64,000 bases of DNA from Rubripirellula sp. (GCA_965216875.1 OZ244207.1:7424001-7488000); one strand, 5' to 3'. Numbered from the stretch's first letter, positions 37,710 to 48,861 are shown. The notes: a model not told the origin generated them from the letters alone. Numbers and translations are program-made.

Positions 37710-40700
37710 CTAAACCACCGGTGAAGGCTGGGCATCAGGGTTCGACAATTCTGCAGTAGGATCCGAATCAGACGATTCAGGCTTCCGCTTCATCATCACG
37801 TACAAGCAGGGCACAACGACCAACGACAAAACGGTGGCGCCAATCACACCACCAATGATCGCACGGGCGAGCGGCGCATTCGTGCTGCTTCCCCCAAAGC
37901 CAATCGCCATCGGCAAAAGGGCAAGCCAGGTTGTCAGCGACGTCATCAAAATGGGACGCATGCGTACGACCGCGGCATCAATCACCGCCTCGGTCACCGA
38001 AAGCCCTTCGCTCAGTCGGCGATTGGCAAAGTCGACCAACACAATCGAGTACTCGACGACGATGCCAACCATCATGACGATCCCCATTAGTGCCGGCACG
38101 GACAAATGGGTTCGTGTGATGAATAGCAACGCCATCACACCGATGTAGCCAAGCGGAACGGTCAACAAGACGATCAACGGATCGGTAAACGATCGAAATT
38201 GGACAACCATCACCAAGTAGACCAAGACCGCTGCGATCACCAAGCCGACGGTAAGCTGCGAGAACGAGTCACGCATCAATCGAACTTCGCCCATCATGCG
38301 ATAGCTCATGCCGTTGTATTTCTCGGCGCCCAGCATCGAAATGGGCCCGCGATCATCGCTCGTGACGGTCACGGCAAGGCGGTCATCTCCTTCTAGTCGA
38401 GATTCGATTTCGGAAACGACGCTGCCAACATCGTACCCAGGCAACACGCCGGCATAGACGTCGGTCACACGTGAAATGTTTCGATGATGCACCACCGCAG
38501 GGCCGGTTGTGCGACGGATTTTGGCGACACTTCCAAGTCGTCTTGCCGTGGTCGCGTCTTCACCGCCCATGATGGAGATGTCACGAATGGTCTGTTCACT
38601 GTTGAGGTCCTCTTCGCGATATTGGACCCCAAAGAAATAGTGATTGCCTTTGTTCTTATCGATCCAGAACGTCGGCTCGAAGTTGATCGAGCTGTTGGTG
38701 GCGGCGACGAGGTTGGTCATGACATCTTTCGGCGTCACTTGCATGCGCGCCGCCAGTTCGCGATCCATTTCCACCTCCAAGGCTGGATAGTCGATCCGCT
38801 GTGCCACTCGCACGTCGGTGGCACCGGGAACTTCGGCAGCCGTGTCGCGAATGATACCGGCGATCTCTTGAGCGATTTCAAGATCGCTGCATTGGACTTG
38901 GAAATGAATCGGTGCTGGCTCGCCCATGTTGAGGGCTGCGGTCAACATGCCGCCGGTGTCGTACGCGATCTCGACGTCACGGAATTTCTCGGCAAGACGC
39001 TGACGAAGCTCGACAACGTAGTCGTTGGCGGCCTTGGTCGAAGTCTTGTCCTTGAGTTGAAGCAACATGAACGCATCCATCGGTCCGTTGTTGGGCGTGT
39101 AGGCTGCGGGCCAATCCATCAACACACCGATGTTTGAGATCAACAACTGCAATGATGAATCGGGGTGTTGCTCGGCTGATGGATCGATCGCGAACCCAGG
39201 ATCGGGCTCGCCAATCAGATCGATGATTTCGGATTCAATTTCAGCCAACACTTTTTCGGTGGTCTCGATACGCGTGCCCGACGGCAGTCGCACGTACATG
39301 GTCACCTGGCCACTGTCGACACTCGGGAATAACTCCTGGCCATGTCGCATGGTCATGATGACCGCAAACGCAAACGCAGCCACCGCGCCTCCAACCACCA
39401 TCCAACGCGCGCTGAGGACTCGCCGTAGGATTCCCCCAAACCAAGCCCCTGCAGCATCGACGCTGTTGTCTTCTTTCTTGCTCGCCGACGCTGGCAACAA
39501 ATAAGCGCAATAGGCGGGGACGAGCGTGATCGAAAGCAAGAACGACGCAAAGATGGCAACGACCGCTGCTGTTGCGAGCGGCGCGAACAAGAAACGTGTT
39601 AGCCCAGATAGAAAGATCACTGGCAAGAACACGACCGCAAAGGTCAGTGTCGAAACGGCGATTGGGCCCAGCACTTCACTGGTTCCGTCGGCTGCCGCAT
39701 TCATTGGCGTTTTGCCCATGCGCACGTGCCGCACGATGTTCTCAAGCACGACAATCGACTGGTCGACAAGGATCCCGATCGCCAACGCCAGTCCGCCAAG
39801 CGTCATTGCATTGATCGAATCACCGGTAAAGAACATCACCAGGAAAGAGGCGATGATCGCCAGTGGGATGGCGACCAGGACGACAAGTGTTAGGCGAATG
39901 CTTCTCAAGAAAACCAGGACCACCAGTCCCGCCAAGATCGCACCGAGTGTCCCGGCGATCTCCAAGCTTTGAATCGAAGCTCGCACACCGACCGATTGGT
40001 CCATTGCAACACTCAGGACGAGCGATTTCATCTTGGGGTCTTCGCGCCGCTCGTTCTTGAGCCGCACCAGAATCGTAGAGAGTTGCGTGTTGATGCGGTC
40101 AACGATCTCGATCGTGTTTGCACCCGGTTGGCGATAGATAGGAATGTAAACTTGCCGTGCGCCGTTGATGCGGACGATGTTTGATTGGATCTGTGATGCA
40201 TTCTTGACTTCACCGACGTCTCGCATCAGCACGGGGACACCATCGACGACTTTGATCGGTGTGTCGTTCAGCTCATCGATCTTTTCAGGAATTGCATTGG
40301 TGAAGATCTGCAGATCTTGCTCGCCAATCTTGATGCTGCCAGCAGGAATCAAGACGTTCTGCTTGCGAAGGGCGGCTTGAACCTCCATCAAGCTCAAACC
40401 GTACGCTTCCAGTTTTTCCGCATCGACATAAGCGAGGATCCGACGCAACTTTCCGCCGTAGACCGCTGGTGCAATGACGCCGCGTATCGACTGCAATTTG
40501 TTTCGCAATTCGTAGTAGGCAATGTCGTACAACTCCTGCTCGTTCATGTCAGGGTTGCTGACGACCACCAAGCAAAGTGGCACACTTGCCGTTGGGTCAA
40601 ACGGCATGACCATTGGCGGGATCGTGCCGGGTGGCAAATAGAACATGTCGCTCATCGCGTACGATGAGACCTGCGCCATCGCCTCGGCCATCGTGTTGTC

Positions 40701-40985
40701 TTCGGTAAAGAAGTCCTTCACAACGCAGACGCCCTGCATCGCTTTGGCTTCTTGGTGTTCGATCCCAACCGATTGAGCCGTCCAACGTTGCAGCCGGCTC
40801 ATGATGTCCTTTTCCATCACCTCGGGAGGCATGCCAGGATAGAAGCAGACGATTTGGACGGCAGGTGTTTCGAATTGTGGTAGCAGGTCGGCGGGGATGC
40901 GGGTGTAGGAATAGCCACCAAGCACGACCGTCATGAGGGCGGCAACGATGATCAGGTGCGGTTTCCGTAAGATGGAACGCATCAT
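37710..40985 (-). CDS. RND efflux permease (AcrB/NolG-like)
   Basis: About 1090 aa with INAMTLGGLALAIGILVD, VFLPVIFLSG, RMRPILMTSL and PLARAIIGG. The start is placed at MMRSILRK. Confidence 0.93.
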   Translation of the reverse strand: MMRSILRKPHLIIVAALMTVVLGGYSYTRIPADLLPQFETPAVQIVCFYPGMPPEVMEKDIMSRLQRWTAQSVGIEHQEAKAMQGVCVVKDFFTEDNTMAEAMAQVSSYAMSDMFYLPPGTIPPMVMPFDPTASVPLCLVVVSNPDMNEQELYDIAYYELRNKLQSIRGVIAPAVYGGKLRRILAYVDAEKLEAYGLSLMEVQAALRKQNVLIPAGSIKIGEQDLQIFTNAIPEKIDELNDTPIKVVDGVPVLMRDVGEVKNASQIQSNIVRINGARQVYIPIYRQPGANTIEIVDRINTQLSTILVRLKNERREDPKMKSLVLSVAMDQSVGVRASIQSLEIAGTLGAILAGLVVLVFLRSIRLTLVVLVAIPLAIIASFLVMFFTGDSINAMTLGGLALAIGILVDQSIVVLENIVRHVRMGKTPMNAAADGTSEVLGPIAVSTLTFAVVFLPVIFLSGLTRFLFAPLATAAVVAIFASFLLSITLVPAYCAYLLPASASKKEDNSVDAAGAWFGGILRRVLSARWMVVGGAVAAFAFAVIMTMRHGQELFPSVDSGQVTMYVRLPSGTRIETTEKVLAEIESEIIDLIGEPDPGFAIDPSAEQHPDSSLQLLISNIGVLMDWPAAYTPNNGPMDAFMLLQLKDKTSTKAANDYVVELRQRLAEKFRDVEIAYDTGGMLTAALNMGEPAPIHFQVQCSDLEIAQEIAGIIRDTAAEVPGATDVRVAQRIDYPALEVEMDRELAARMQVTPKDVMTNLVAATNSSINFEPTFWIDKNKGNHYFFGVQYREEDLNSEQTIRDISIMGGEDATTARRLGSVAKIRRTTGPAVVHHRNISRVTDVYAGVLPGYDVGSVVSEIESRLEGDDRLAVTVTSDDRGPISMLGAEKYNGMSYRMMGEVRLMRDSFSQLTVGLVIAAVLVYLVMVVQFRSFTDPLIVLLTVPLGYIGVMALLFITRTHLSVPALMGIVMMVGIVVEYSIVLVDFANRRLSEGLSVTEAVIDAAVVRMRPILMTSLTTWLALLPMAIGFGGSSTNAPLARAIIGGVIGATVLSLVVVPCLYVMMKRKPESSDSDPTAELSNPDAQPSPVV

Positions 40986-41280
40986 GTGGCTCGTAAAGAG
41001 GTTCTGTGGGCGCGTAGTCCGACCCCGCGAGTCGTCTCGACCTTCTCTGTAGGGATCGAATCGACACAACCGTTACGGCCAGTCTTTTCCGACCAATCGG
41101 ACTGGTCGAGGTACGTGAAAGACGGCGATTCTAACCGATTGAGATAAGCTGTATCGGTTATGCCGGTATTGCGATCACAAGGCGCGACGAGGATGTTTGC
41201 GCGCTCGGATGCCACAGCTCGGTGAGAGCTTGAGCCGCTTGAGAGGTGAATGAGCGAACGCCAAGAAGATCTTTCCTGGC

Positions 41281-44200
41281 TTAAGCTTCGGACCGTGACT
41301 CGGGGATTTCGATCCGACCGCGCACGTCGCGAAGCTCACGAAGGATCTCAGGGATCAAGTCAAAGTCTTCGTCTCGGCTTGATCGTTCAATGGTTCCGGC
41401 CAACGTGGCGAGTGATGAGAAACCACAGCTTGCTGCGGATCCCTTCAAGGCATGAGCCAGATCAATGAGCTGTTGCGAGTCGTTTGCGGCCAATGCTGTT
41501 TCGATCACTTCGAATCGCGCGTCAAGTTGGTCGACAAATCGCACAACGATTTCGCGGAATTTTGGCTTCTCGATTGGCAAGGTTGAAAAGACTGGCTCGC
41601 TGTCGGATGGGTTCGACTGATTCACGCTCGGCACCTCAGTTTGGTGTGGTTGCTCGGTCTTTGGACTCGGACTTGCAGCAGGGGCTTCGCTTTGTGTGTT
41701 GGTATCCCCCGGTAGGATAACCTCAGCAAGTGGCCGGACGCCACCGATTTCGATTCGGGGCAGCATCGACCGGATCTGTTCGATGCGTTTTCCCGCGTCC
41801 GCAGTTTTGCCATCGCGGGCATGGTGTTCGAGTTGTTTGGCAGGTTCCATCAGCTCCATCAAGCCGACATTCGGTCCAGAACCTTTCAACCAATGAGCAA
41901 GATCGGCGAGTTGCTTGAAGTCGCCATGATCAAGTGCCACGCTCATCTCAGAAACCTTCATTGGCAGTCGGCCGACGAATTCCTGAACGATAGACTGGAA
42001 GGTCGAGCCACGCTCAGCCAGCATCGACCGAATCGGACTGCTCGCTTCGCACTCGTTCGATGGGGCGTTGGACGCATCCGTTCGCTGCTCGGCGCTGCCG
42101 TTTCCGCTCACCCCGATTTCACTGCCGCTCGACTTGGCCGAAGGGGCCGAAGGGGCCGACTTGGCGGAAGGGGCGGAGGGGGCCGCTTCGACGTTGGTGC
42201 TGCCAGCGGCCACGCCGGCAACTTCGCTTAGGGTGGCGATCAGTTTGTCGAATTCGATTGGCTTGCTTAAGAACCCACTGCATCCCGCATCGAGACACTG
42301 GTCTTCGGCTTCGTGCATGGCGTGTGCGGTCAGCGCAACGATAGGGCGATCGTAGCCCATCTCGCGAAGTTTGCGTGTCGCCGTGTAGCCATCCATCACG
42401 GGCATTTGCATGTCCATCAGCACGACGTCGAATGCTTTGGATGTGGCCAATTCAATCGCTTCGACACCGTTGATCGCGGATTCGTACTTCGCGCCGATTT
42501 CGGTCAGAATCAAACCGAGCAGGTCACGGTTTTCGTCGCCGTCGTCAACAAGCAATACGTTCAGTTCCGGCAGCTTTACAGAAAGTGGACCGGCCTCTTC
42601 TTCAGCGACTTGCAGGTCTTCGTCGGTCGGGCGAATCATTGCGACGCCATCAATCGCTCCGGCGTCCACGGTCACAACAAAGACGCTGCCGACGCCTGGT
42701 TCGGAATGAACAACGATTCCGCCGCCGAGGGCTTCCGCGAATCGCTTGCTGATTGAGAGTCCGAGGCCAGTGCCTCCGAAGCGCCGCGTCACGGTGGCGT
42801 CCGCCTGCGAAAACGGATCGAAGATCTTATTGGCCGCTTCTTGCGTCATACCAATACCAGTGTCGACCACTTGGAAGACGATTTGGTTTTGGCCGTGTTC
42901 GATTTGAAACTTGGTGATCACACGAACGCCACCCTTCTCGGTGAACTTGATCGCGTTGCCAACCAAATTCGTCAGGATCTGGCGGATTCTCGCCGGATCG
43001 CTCTGAATCGTTGCCGGAATGTCGGATTCGAATTGGTAGTCGAGCCAGATCCCTTTCTCCTCGGCCCTCACATTCATGACCGTGATCACGTCGGCAACGA
43101 CCTGGTGAGCAGCGCAGTCAATCTGTTCGACTTCGAGGCCTCCCGCTTCCACCTTCGACAGGTCCAAGATGTCGTTGATCAGATTCAACAAATGCGTGCC
43201 GCTTGAGTGAATCGTGTTAAGGTGTTTCTGTCGCTTTCCTTCGTCCTGTTCAATGTCGCGGCGCAAGACTTCGGTGAAACCGAGAATCGCATTCATCGGT
43301 GTGCGAATTTCGTGACTCATGTTAGCAAGGAAGCTCGTTTTTGCTTCGTTTGCCGCCTCGGCGCTTTCCTTGGCTTCGCTTAGTTGTTGCTTGGTGCGTT
43401 CGAGTTCGGAAACGTCATCAAGGCTGATGAGCACACCTTGCGCGGCGCCACCCGAACCGATCACAGGTGAACAGCTGACCTGAAAGATGGCGTCATCACG
43501 TCCGCCGCGTTTGTAGGCAATGATTTCACCCAGCACGCTTTGACCCGACTTGAGAACGCGTGTCCAAGGGAATTCTTTTTCCTCTCCCGTTAGCGCCCAA
43601 GGCAGTTCAGACGCTTCCATGCCGACCATCTGCTGCGGTGTCCGATTAATGGACTCGGCAAGCGATCGGTTAGCGAGCACGATCTTTGATCTACGGTCGA
43701 TCACCAACAAACCGTCACCAAGCGTATCTAGCGCATTACGAACGCGTCCCGGAACGGCACCGGTCGGGTCGATATGGTTGAGCATCTTGCGGAGGTAGAG
43801 GTAGAAGACCAACCAGCTGAACAAGCCCATCATGATCACGAGGCGATTGCTCGGCTGGTCCAACATCCCCATCCAACCACGACGCACGAGTGGTTTGTAG
43901 CAAATTTCGACGCGTCCCCAGTCGGCGCCGCCAGCATGCAGCGGCACGTAAACTTGGCGGTCATCGGAGACTTCGACGGTTGTGTCCCAGAGTGCCTGGT
44001 GATCGCCGACGACCGCAATCAGTTCGCCATCTCGACGACGAATTGCGCCACTCAAGATTTCGTCGTTGCGCTCGACCACTGATTCGAGTAGGCCTTCCAT
44101 GCGGTGAATGTCACGCTGCAAAATCACTGGACGGATTTGCAATGCGACGAGTTCGCTAATCGCACAGCGTCCCCACATCGCAGTCTTACGATGGTCTGGC

Positions 44201-44292
44201 AGCAAGCCAGCCATATTCAAAACAAGCAACATGGTGACAACCAGTGTCGCCATGCCCATTGCCATTCGCGCTTTGGCGGAAAGCCGAAACAT
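41281..44292 (-). CDS. Hybrid sensor histidine kinase (TM-PAS-HisKA-HATPase-REC-Hpt-Hpt)
   Basis: FLANMSHEIRTPMN, GNAIKFT, GGTGLGL and VLMDMQMP, plus two Hpt motifs, LAHWLKGSG and LAHALKGSA. Confidence 0.93.
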   Translation of the reverse strand: MFRLSAKARMAMGMATLVVTMLLVLNMAGLLPDHRKTAMWGRCAISELVALQIRPVILQRDIHRMEGLLESVVERNDEILSGAIRRRDGELIAVVGDHQALWDTTVEVSDDRQVYVPLHAGGADWGRVEICYKPLVRRGWMGMLDQPSNRLVIMMGLFSWLVFYLYLRKMLNHIDPTGAVPGRVRNALDTLGDGLLVIDRRSKIVLANRSLAESINRTPQQMVGMEASELPWALTGEEKEFPWTRVLKSGQSVLGEIIAYKRGGRDDAIFQVSCSPVIGSGGAAQGVLISLDDVSELERTKQQLSEAKESAEAANEAKTSFLANMSHEIRTPMNAILGFTEVLRRDIEQDEGKRQKHLNTIHSSGTHLLNLINDILDLSKVEAGGLEVEQIDCAAHQVVADVITVMNVRAEEKGIWLDYQFESDIPATIQSDPARIRQILTNLVGNAIKFTEKGGVRVITKFQIEHGQNQIVFQVVDTGIGMTQEAANKIFDPFSQADATVTRRFGGTGLGLSISKRFAEALGGGIVVHSEPGVGSVFVVTVDAGAIDGVAMIRPTDEDLQVAEEEAGPLSVKLPELNVLLVDDGDENRDLLGLILTEIGAKYESAINGVEAIELATSKAFDVVLMDMQMPVMDGYTATRKLREMGYDRPIVALTAHAMHEAEDQCLDAGCSGFLSKPIEFDKLIATLSEVAGVAAGSTNVEAAPSAPSAKSAPSAPSAKSSGSEIGVSGNGSAEQRTDASNAPSNECEASSPIRSMLAERGSTFQSIVQEFVGRLPMKVSEMSVALDHGDFKQLADLAHWLKGSGPNVGLMELMEPAKQLEHHARDGKTADAGKRIEQIRSMLPRIEIGGVRPLAEVILPGDTNTQSEAPAASPSPKTEQPHQTEVPSVNQSNPSDSEPVFSTLPIEKPKFREIVVRFVDQLDARFEVIETALAANDSQQLIDLAHALKGSAASCGFSSLATLAGTIERSSRDEDFDLIPEILRELRDVRGRIEIPESRSEA

Positions 44293-44743
44293 CTTGCGTG
44301 TCGCGCCGTTCTAAATGTTGCCCCAAATTCAACGGCTCGAGAGTGCCCCGCAAGCCATGCAAGAGGTTTCCAATCGACAACGACAAAAGATGCTCACAGG
44401 AAACCTCAGTTGAAACTTAGGCCGCAGGGAACATGGGCACGCGCAAGGAAGCGGCCATCGAGTCAAACATGTTGCCGTGTCGTCCGAATGATCCCGTCAA
44501 TCGGATTGTGCCTGTCGTAGGTTGCCAGCGTCCAACCCCCAACACAGGTGCGCGGCTTGTCGAGAAAGGGACCGGTGTTCCGGTTAGGCAAGCTTGGCAA
44601 CACCTAGCGTCTACCAAAGCGGGATGATCATCGTTTTCGGGATGATGTGATTATTCCAGTTGGCCGGTCGTGCCGATCGTCCCAACTAGCGGTGCGCTGT
44701 CACCGGCTGGAAAAAACACCAAGATCCTCTTCAGAAAACTGCT

Positions 44744-46867
44744 GTGAAACTCGCAGGTCAGCTTCGTCGTCTCTCGCTCCGTACCTTGGTTGCGGCGTTT
44801 GCCGCTGCGCATTTCACGACCGCAGCATCCGCACAGTCGCCCCTTTCCTTTGATGAACTCTCACGCAAATATCCACTGACCTACAACCGTGCCACGACCG
44901 CAACCCCTTTGGGCATCAAGGGCACTTTGACCCAAGCAAGATTGGCTGGCGGGCTTCGTGCCGAAACGAGCACGCCCGGTGGAGTTGATGGTGTGTTGCA
45001 AGAAACACTACAGGAGATGAGCCGCAAGGGCGTCACCCATCCGGCGGCCGAATTCGAATTGGTCGGCGACCCACACGAGCCAATCGAAGAAGTCTTGATT
45101 GCGCCCGTCGGCCAAATCGATCCCTACTCGACCATTCCGCCCGCGGTTTCACATGGTCCCTACGATTGCCGTCTCGAGCCCTATCGATCGCGAGCCTACG
45201 AACTCGATGCACTCGGCGATCGTGACACGCTGCCGGCGCCGGTTGCCGGTGACCTGCGAATGTGGTGGGACGAGGCGATGGCCAAACCGATGGGGATCAG
45301 CAATGAATCTCTGCCGATCGATATCGCTAACCTGACGCAGGTGACGATCCAGTCTTCGCCATTGGTCCAAGGCATTTTGACTGAACCGCAAATCATGCGG
45401 AACGATATGGTGATCGCGGATGCGGAGTTTGATTCACTTGCGTTCGTCGAGGCCAAGTTTGCGGACACGAACGAACCGGTTGGCAGCACGCTCACAACGG
45501 GCGACAACTCGAATCGATTTCGCGATCACACCTTTTCATCATCGCTTGGGATTCGCAAAAAGACGCGTCGAGGGGCATCTCTCGAACTGGCGCAAAAGGG
45601 CGGATACCAAGACAACAACTCGACGTTCCTCGTACCCAATCCGCAAGGCACAACGCGATTGGAGTTGAATTTCACGCAGCCACTCTTGAAAGATGGTGGT
45701 CGCGCTGTCAATCACACTCGTGTGCTGCTTGCACAACTGGATATCAAGTTGGCCGAAGCCGAGGTGCGAGCCGACCTCGAGAAACACCTCGTCGATGTCA
45801 CTCGCGCCTATTGGGAACTGTATCAGGCACGCGCGGAATGGTTGCAACGCAATCGTTTGCTCGAAGGTGCCAAAACGTTGCATGACATTTTGATCGCACG
45901 CGACGGAGTCGATTCGCTCCAACGCCAGGTGTTGCGCGCCCGCGCCGCAGTCACGAGCCGCCGAAGCGATTTGGTGCGAGCAGAGACCCGGATTCGCAAC
46001 GCCCAAGCGCAGTTGCGTCTTTTGTCGGGTAGTCCCCAACTGATCCAATCACGGCGTTGGGAACTGACACCACAAGACCAGCCGCTTGCCCTGTCGGTTC
46101 AGGTTTCGACGCGCGATGCGACGGTCCAGGCGCTCGACAATCGTCCCGATATCGCCAAAGCGATTCGCAACATTCAAGCCGTCTCCGCACGTGTGGGTGC
46201 CGCCAAGAATCAGGTCCTGCCGCGATTGGATCTGATCCTAAGTACCTATGTGGCCGGTCTTGAGAACAAGACGGATGTTTTTGGTGCCTGGGTCAATCAA
46301 TTTGCGGATGGCCGACCGAGTTACGCAGCCGGCTTTTTGTTTGAAGTTCCACTTGGCAACCGTGCAAGCCGCGCACGATTGGAACGGAACAAATGGGAAA
46401 TGGCTCGGGCCATGCATGAGTTCCAACAGACCATGGAAGTCGTGTTTGCTGACGTCGAGATCGCTGTTCGCGAAACACAGACGACCTATGAGGAGATGTC
46501 GACGAAGCGCCGAGCGATCGAAGCGGCCCAGAAAGAAGTCGCTTATTTGGAGCAACGTTGGCGATTGTTGCCCGATCCGAATGAGTCCGCAGTCTTGTTG
46601 ATTGAAGATCTTTTGGATGCGCAAGAACGTTTGGCTGATGAAGAACGCGCCTTCACCTCTTCGCAAGTCGCTTACGCGATGTCTTGGGTTCAGCTGCGAC
46701 GATCAATGGGAGTCTTGCTGCAAATCGATGACTCCTTCGTCGCCCCTATGCCCGAGATGGTTGAATCGGTGCCCGTGGGATCTCCCGCTGCCATGCCTTC
46801 CGCTCAAGTTGCTGATGCCCCCGCTACATCATCAAACGCGTGGTCCAATTCGCGGGCGGTGCAATGA
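44744..46867 (+). CDS. TolC-family outer membrane protein with long N-terminal extension
   Basis: Signal peptide, FTQPLLKDGG, AYWELY, ALDNRPDI, KNQVLPRLDL and LLDAQ. ATGA overlap with the next gene. Confidence 0.88.
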   Translation: MKLAGQLRRLSLRTLVAAFAAAHFTTAASAQSPLSFDELSRKYPLTYNRATTATPLGIKGTLTQARLAGGLRAETSTPGGVDGVLQETLQEMSRKGVTHPAAEFELVGDPHEPIEEVLIAPVGQIDPYSTIPPAVSHGPYDCRLEPYRSRAYELDALGDRDTLPAPVAGDLRMWWDEAMAKPMGISNESLPIDIANLTQVTIQSSPLVQGILTEPQIMRNDMVIADAEFDSLAFVEAKFADTNEPVGSTLTTGDNSNRFRDHTFSSSLGIRKKTRRGASLELAQKGGYQDNNSTFLVPNPQGTTRLELNFTQPLLKDGGRAVNHTRVLLAQLDIKLAEAEVRADLEKHLVDVTRAYWELYQARAEWLQRNRLLEGAKTLHDILIARDGVDSLQRQVLRARAAVTSRRSDLVRAETRIRNAQAQLRLLSGSPQLIQSRRWELTPQDQPLALSVQVSTRDATVQALDNRPDIAKAIRNIQAVSARVGAAKNQVLPRLDLILSTYVAGLENKTDVFGAWVNQFADGRPSYAAGFLFEVPLGNRASRARLERNKWEMARAMHEFQQTMEVVFADVEIAVRETQTTYEEMSTKRRAIEAAQKEVAYLEQRWRLLPDPNESAVLLIEDLLDAQERLADEERAFTSSQVAYAMSWVQLRRSMGVLLQIDDSFVAPMPEMVESVPVGSPAAMPSAQVADAPATSSNAWSNSRAVQ

Positions 46868-48861
46868 TCTGGCGTTGGTGGGAAAGTACGTCAACCAAAC
46901 GTGACGATGTGGACCGGACGGCATTAGCTCGGTCGAAACGGCGACGCTTATCCAAGCCGGGTCTGATCGAGCAGGTGATTGATCAATCGAGACAGGTTGC
47001 GATGTCGCTGCGTGAAAGCTCGCACGAGGCATTGTCCAAACACACCGAACAATTGAGGCATTTTTCAGGATCGAAAGAGACCGAATTGGCTCAGATGTGG
47101 TCGCTCGCCGCCGGCGGAGTGATCGAGGCGATCCGCCAGTGTCACGGAATCGAACTCTTTGACGTCCAGATTCGCGCCGGGGTCATTGTGTCGGCCGGTG
47201 CCGTTGCCGAAATGCAAACGGGTGAGGGGAAGACTTATTCGGCGGCACTTCCGGCCTACGTCCAAGCGCTCGCGGGGCGTGGCGTGCACGTGGCAACGCC
47301 CAATCAATATCTGGCCGGTCGTGACCATGGAAAGCTACAGCCGGTTTTCGAGCGTCTCGGTATGACGGTTGGCTTGCTTGACGATCAAGCGAAACCGCAT
47401 GAAACCAAGGCTGCCTACGATTGCGACATCACCTATGGACCTGGACACGCCTTCGGGTTCGACTACTTACGTGACCAGCTTACGTTGTCGCCGTCCCAAC
47501 CCGGGCAGGTTGATGCTCCTCGATTGGGAATCAAAACGCTCCAACGCGTCACGGGGTGTTCACCCGAATCTCGTTTGCTGCAGCGAGGTTTGTACGCATC
47601 GATCATTGACGAAGTCGATCATGTTCTTTTGGACGATGCGGTTTCACCGCTGCTGCTGAGCGCGAGCGGCAAAGACGAAGCCATGGACGCTGCCGTTCAC
47701 CAAGCGGCGTGCCAACTCGCGAGTGAATTAGATGAACCCGAGTGTTACACGATCAATGGTGGTTCCGCTTCGCTGACCGACGAGGGTTTCGCCCGGGTCT
47801 ATGCAGATGAAACGATGGCCGTTCACGATCGGCTTATTCGACCCTGGCACGAGTACGTCGTCTTGGCGCTACGCGCCCGCCACGTTTTGCGACGCGATGT
47901 TGACTACGTGGTTCGCGACGACGACATCCAGATCATTGATTCATCCACGGGGCGTATTTTTGAAGACCGAACCTGGTCTGAAGGGTTGCATCAAGCGATC
48001 CAGGCGATCGAAGGTTTGCGCGTCACCACCGAAACGCTTGCGATGGCACGAATCACTCGACAACGTTTCTATCGCTACTACGAATCGCTTGGTGGGATGA
48101 CCGGGACGGCAACCGGGTGCGAACGAGAGTTCGCATCGGTCTACGGTTTGCCGGTCATGGAAGTGCCACTGCGTGTCCCGTCGCGGCGCAGGTTGTTTAA
48201 GGACTACGTGTGCGCCACGCGAGCCGAGAAAATCGCGGCCATCGTCGAAGAGACGGTCGATCTTCATGAGCAAGGCCGCGCGGTGTTGATCGGCACGCTC
48301 AATATCGCTGAAAGCTTGAACGTCGCCAGCGAACTTGCACAACAGGGGCTGGTTTACCAGCTGCTCAATGGCGTCCAGGATGCTGACGAAGCATCGATCG
48401 TCGAAGTGGCCGGGCAACCGGGGGCGATTACGGTTGCAACCAATCTTGCCGGACGTGGAACGGATATCTCGCTAGCCGAATCGGTTTCCCAAGCCGGTGG
48501 TCTGCACGTGATCGTTACCGAAAAACATTCCTTGTCGCGAGTTGATCGGCAACTGATCGGTCGCTGCGCTCGCTGTGGCGATCCAGGCACGGCTCGAGTC
48601 TACCTGTCGGCTGAAGACGAGTTGATTGAAAAACACGCTCCGTGGATTGGTCGGGCAATTCGTCGCCGCTGCGCGTCCGTCGCATCAGGGGGCGCGCCGC
48701 CATTCGAACAAGGCGAATTGGACGGACGTTTGTCGTCGGCGCAAAAGAGCCTTCAACGGGGTGAATCGGCGCAGCGATGGAACCTGCTGCAAGCCGATCA
48801 GCGAAACGAACAATTACTTAACAAGACGTCGTCGTCCCCAAGTGGATGTTGGCAGTTGTAA
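46864..48861 (+). CDS. Secondary short SecA (SecA_DEAD motor, no C-terminal wing/IRA1 region)
   Basis: EMQTGEGKT, VHVAT.N.YLA.RD, IIDEVD..L.D.A, WSEGLHQAI, GMTGTA, ATNLAGRGTDI and R.DRQL.GRCAR.GDPG. About 665 aa, ending shortly after NBD2. Confidence 0.9.
   Translation: MIWRWWESTSTKRDDVDRTALARSKRRRLSKPGLIEQVIDQSRQVAMSLRESSHEALSKHTEQLRHFSGSKETELAQMWSLAAGGVIEAIRQCHGIELFDVQIRAGVIVSAGAVAEMQTGEGKTYSAALPAYVQALAGRGVHVATPNQYLAGRDHGKLQPVFERLGMTVGLLDDQAKPHETKAAYDCDITYGPGHAFGFDYLRDQLTLSPSQPGQVDAPRLGIKTLQRVTGCSPESRLLQRGLYASIIDEVDHVLLDDAVSPLLLSASGKDEAMDAAVHQAACQLASELDEPECYTINGGSASLTDEGFARVYADETMAVHDRLIRPWHEYVVLALRARHVLRRDVDYVVRDDDIQIIDSSTGRIFEDRTWSEGLHQAIQAIEGLRVTTETLAMARITRQRFYRYYESLGGMTGTATGCEREFASVYGLPVMEVPLRVPSRRRLFKDYVCATRAEKIAAIVEETVDLHEQGRAVLIGTLNIAESLNVASELAQQGLVYQLLNGVQDADEASIVEVAGQPGAITVATNLAGRGTDISLAESVSQAGGLHVIVTEKHSLSRVDRQLIGRCARCGDPGTARVYLSAEDELIEKHAPWIGRAIRRRCASVASGGAPPFEQGELDGRLSSAQKSLQRGESAQRWNLLQADQRNEQLLNKTSSSPSGCWQL

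Noticed and set aside
46864..48861. Housekeeping secA or secA pseudogene
   Set aside because: It is too short for canonical SecA but has intact motor motifs, a clean ORF and tight operon coupling. This fits the secondary SecA_DEAD class.
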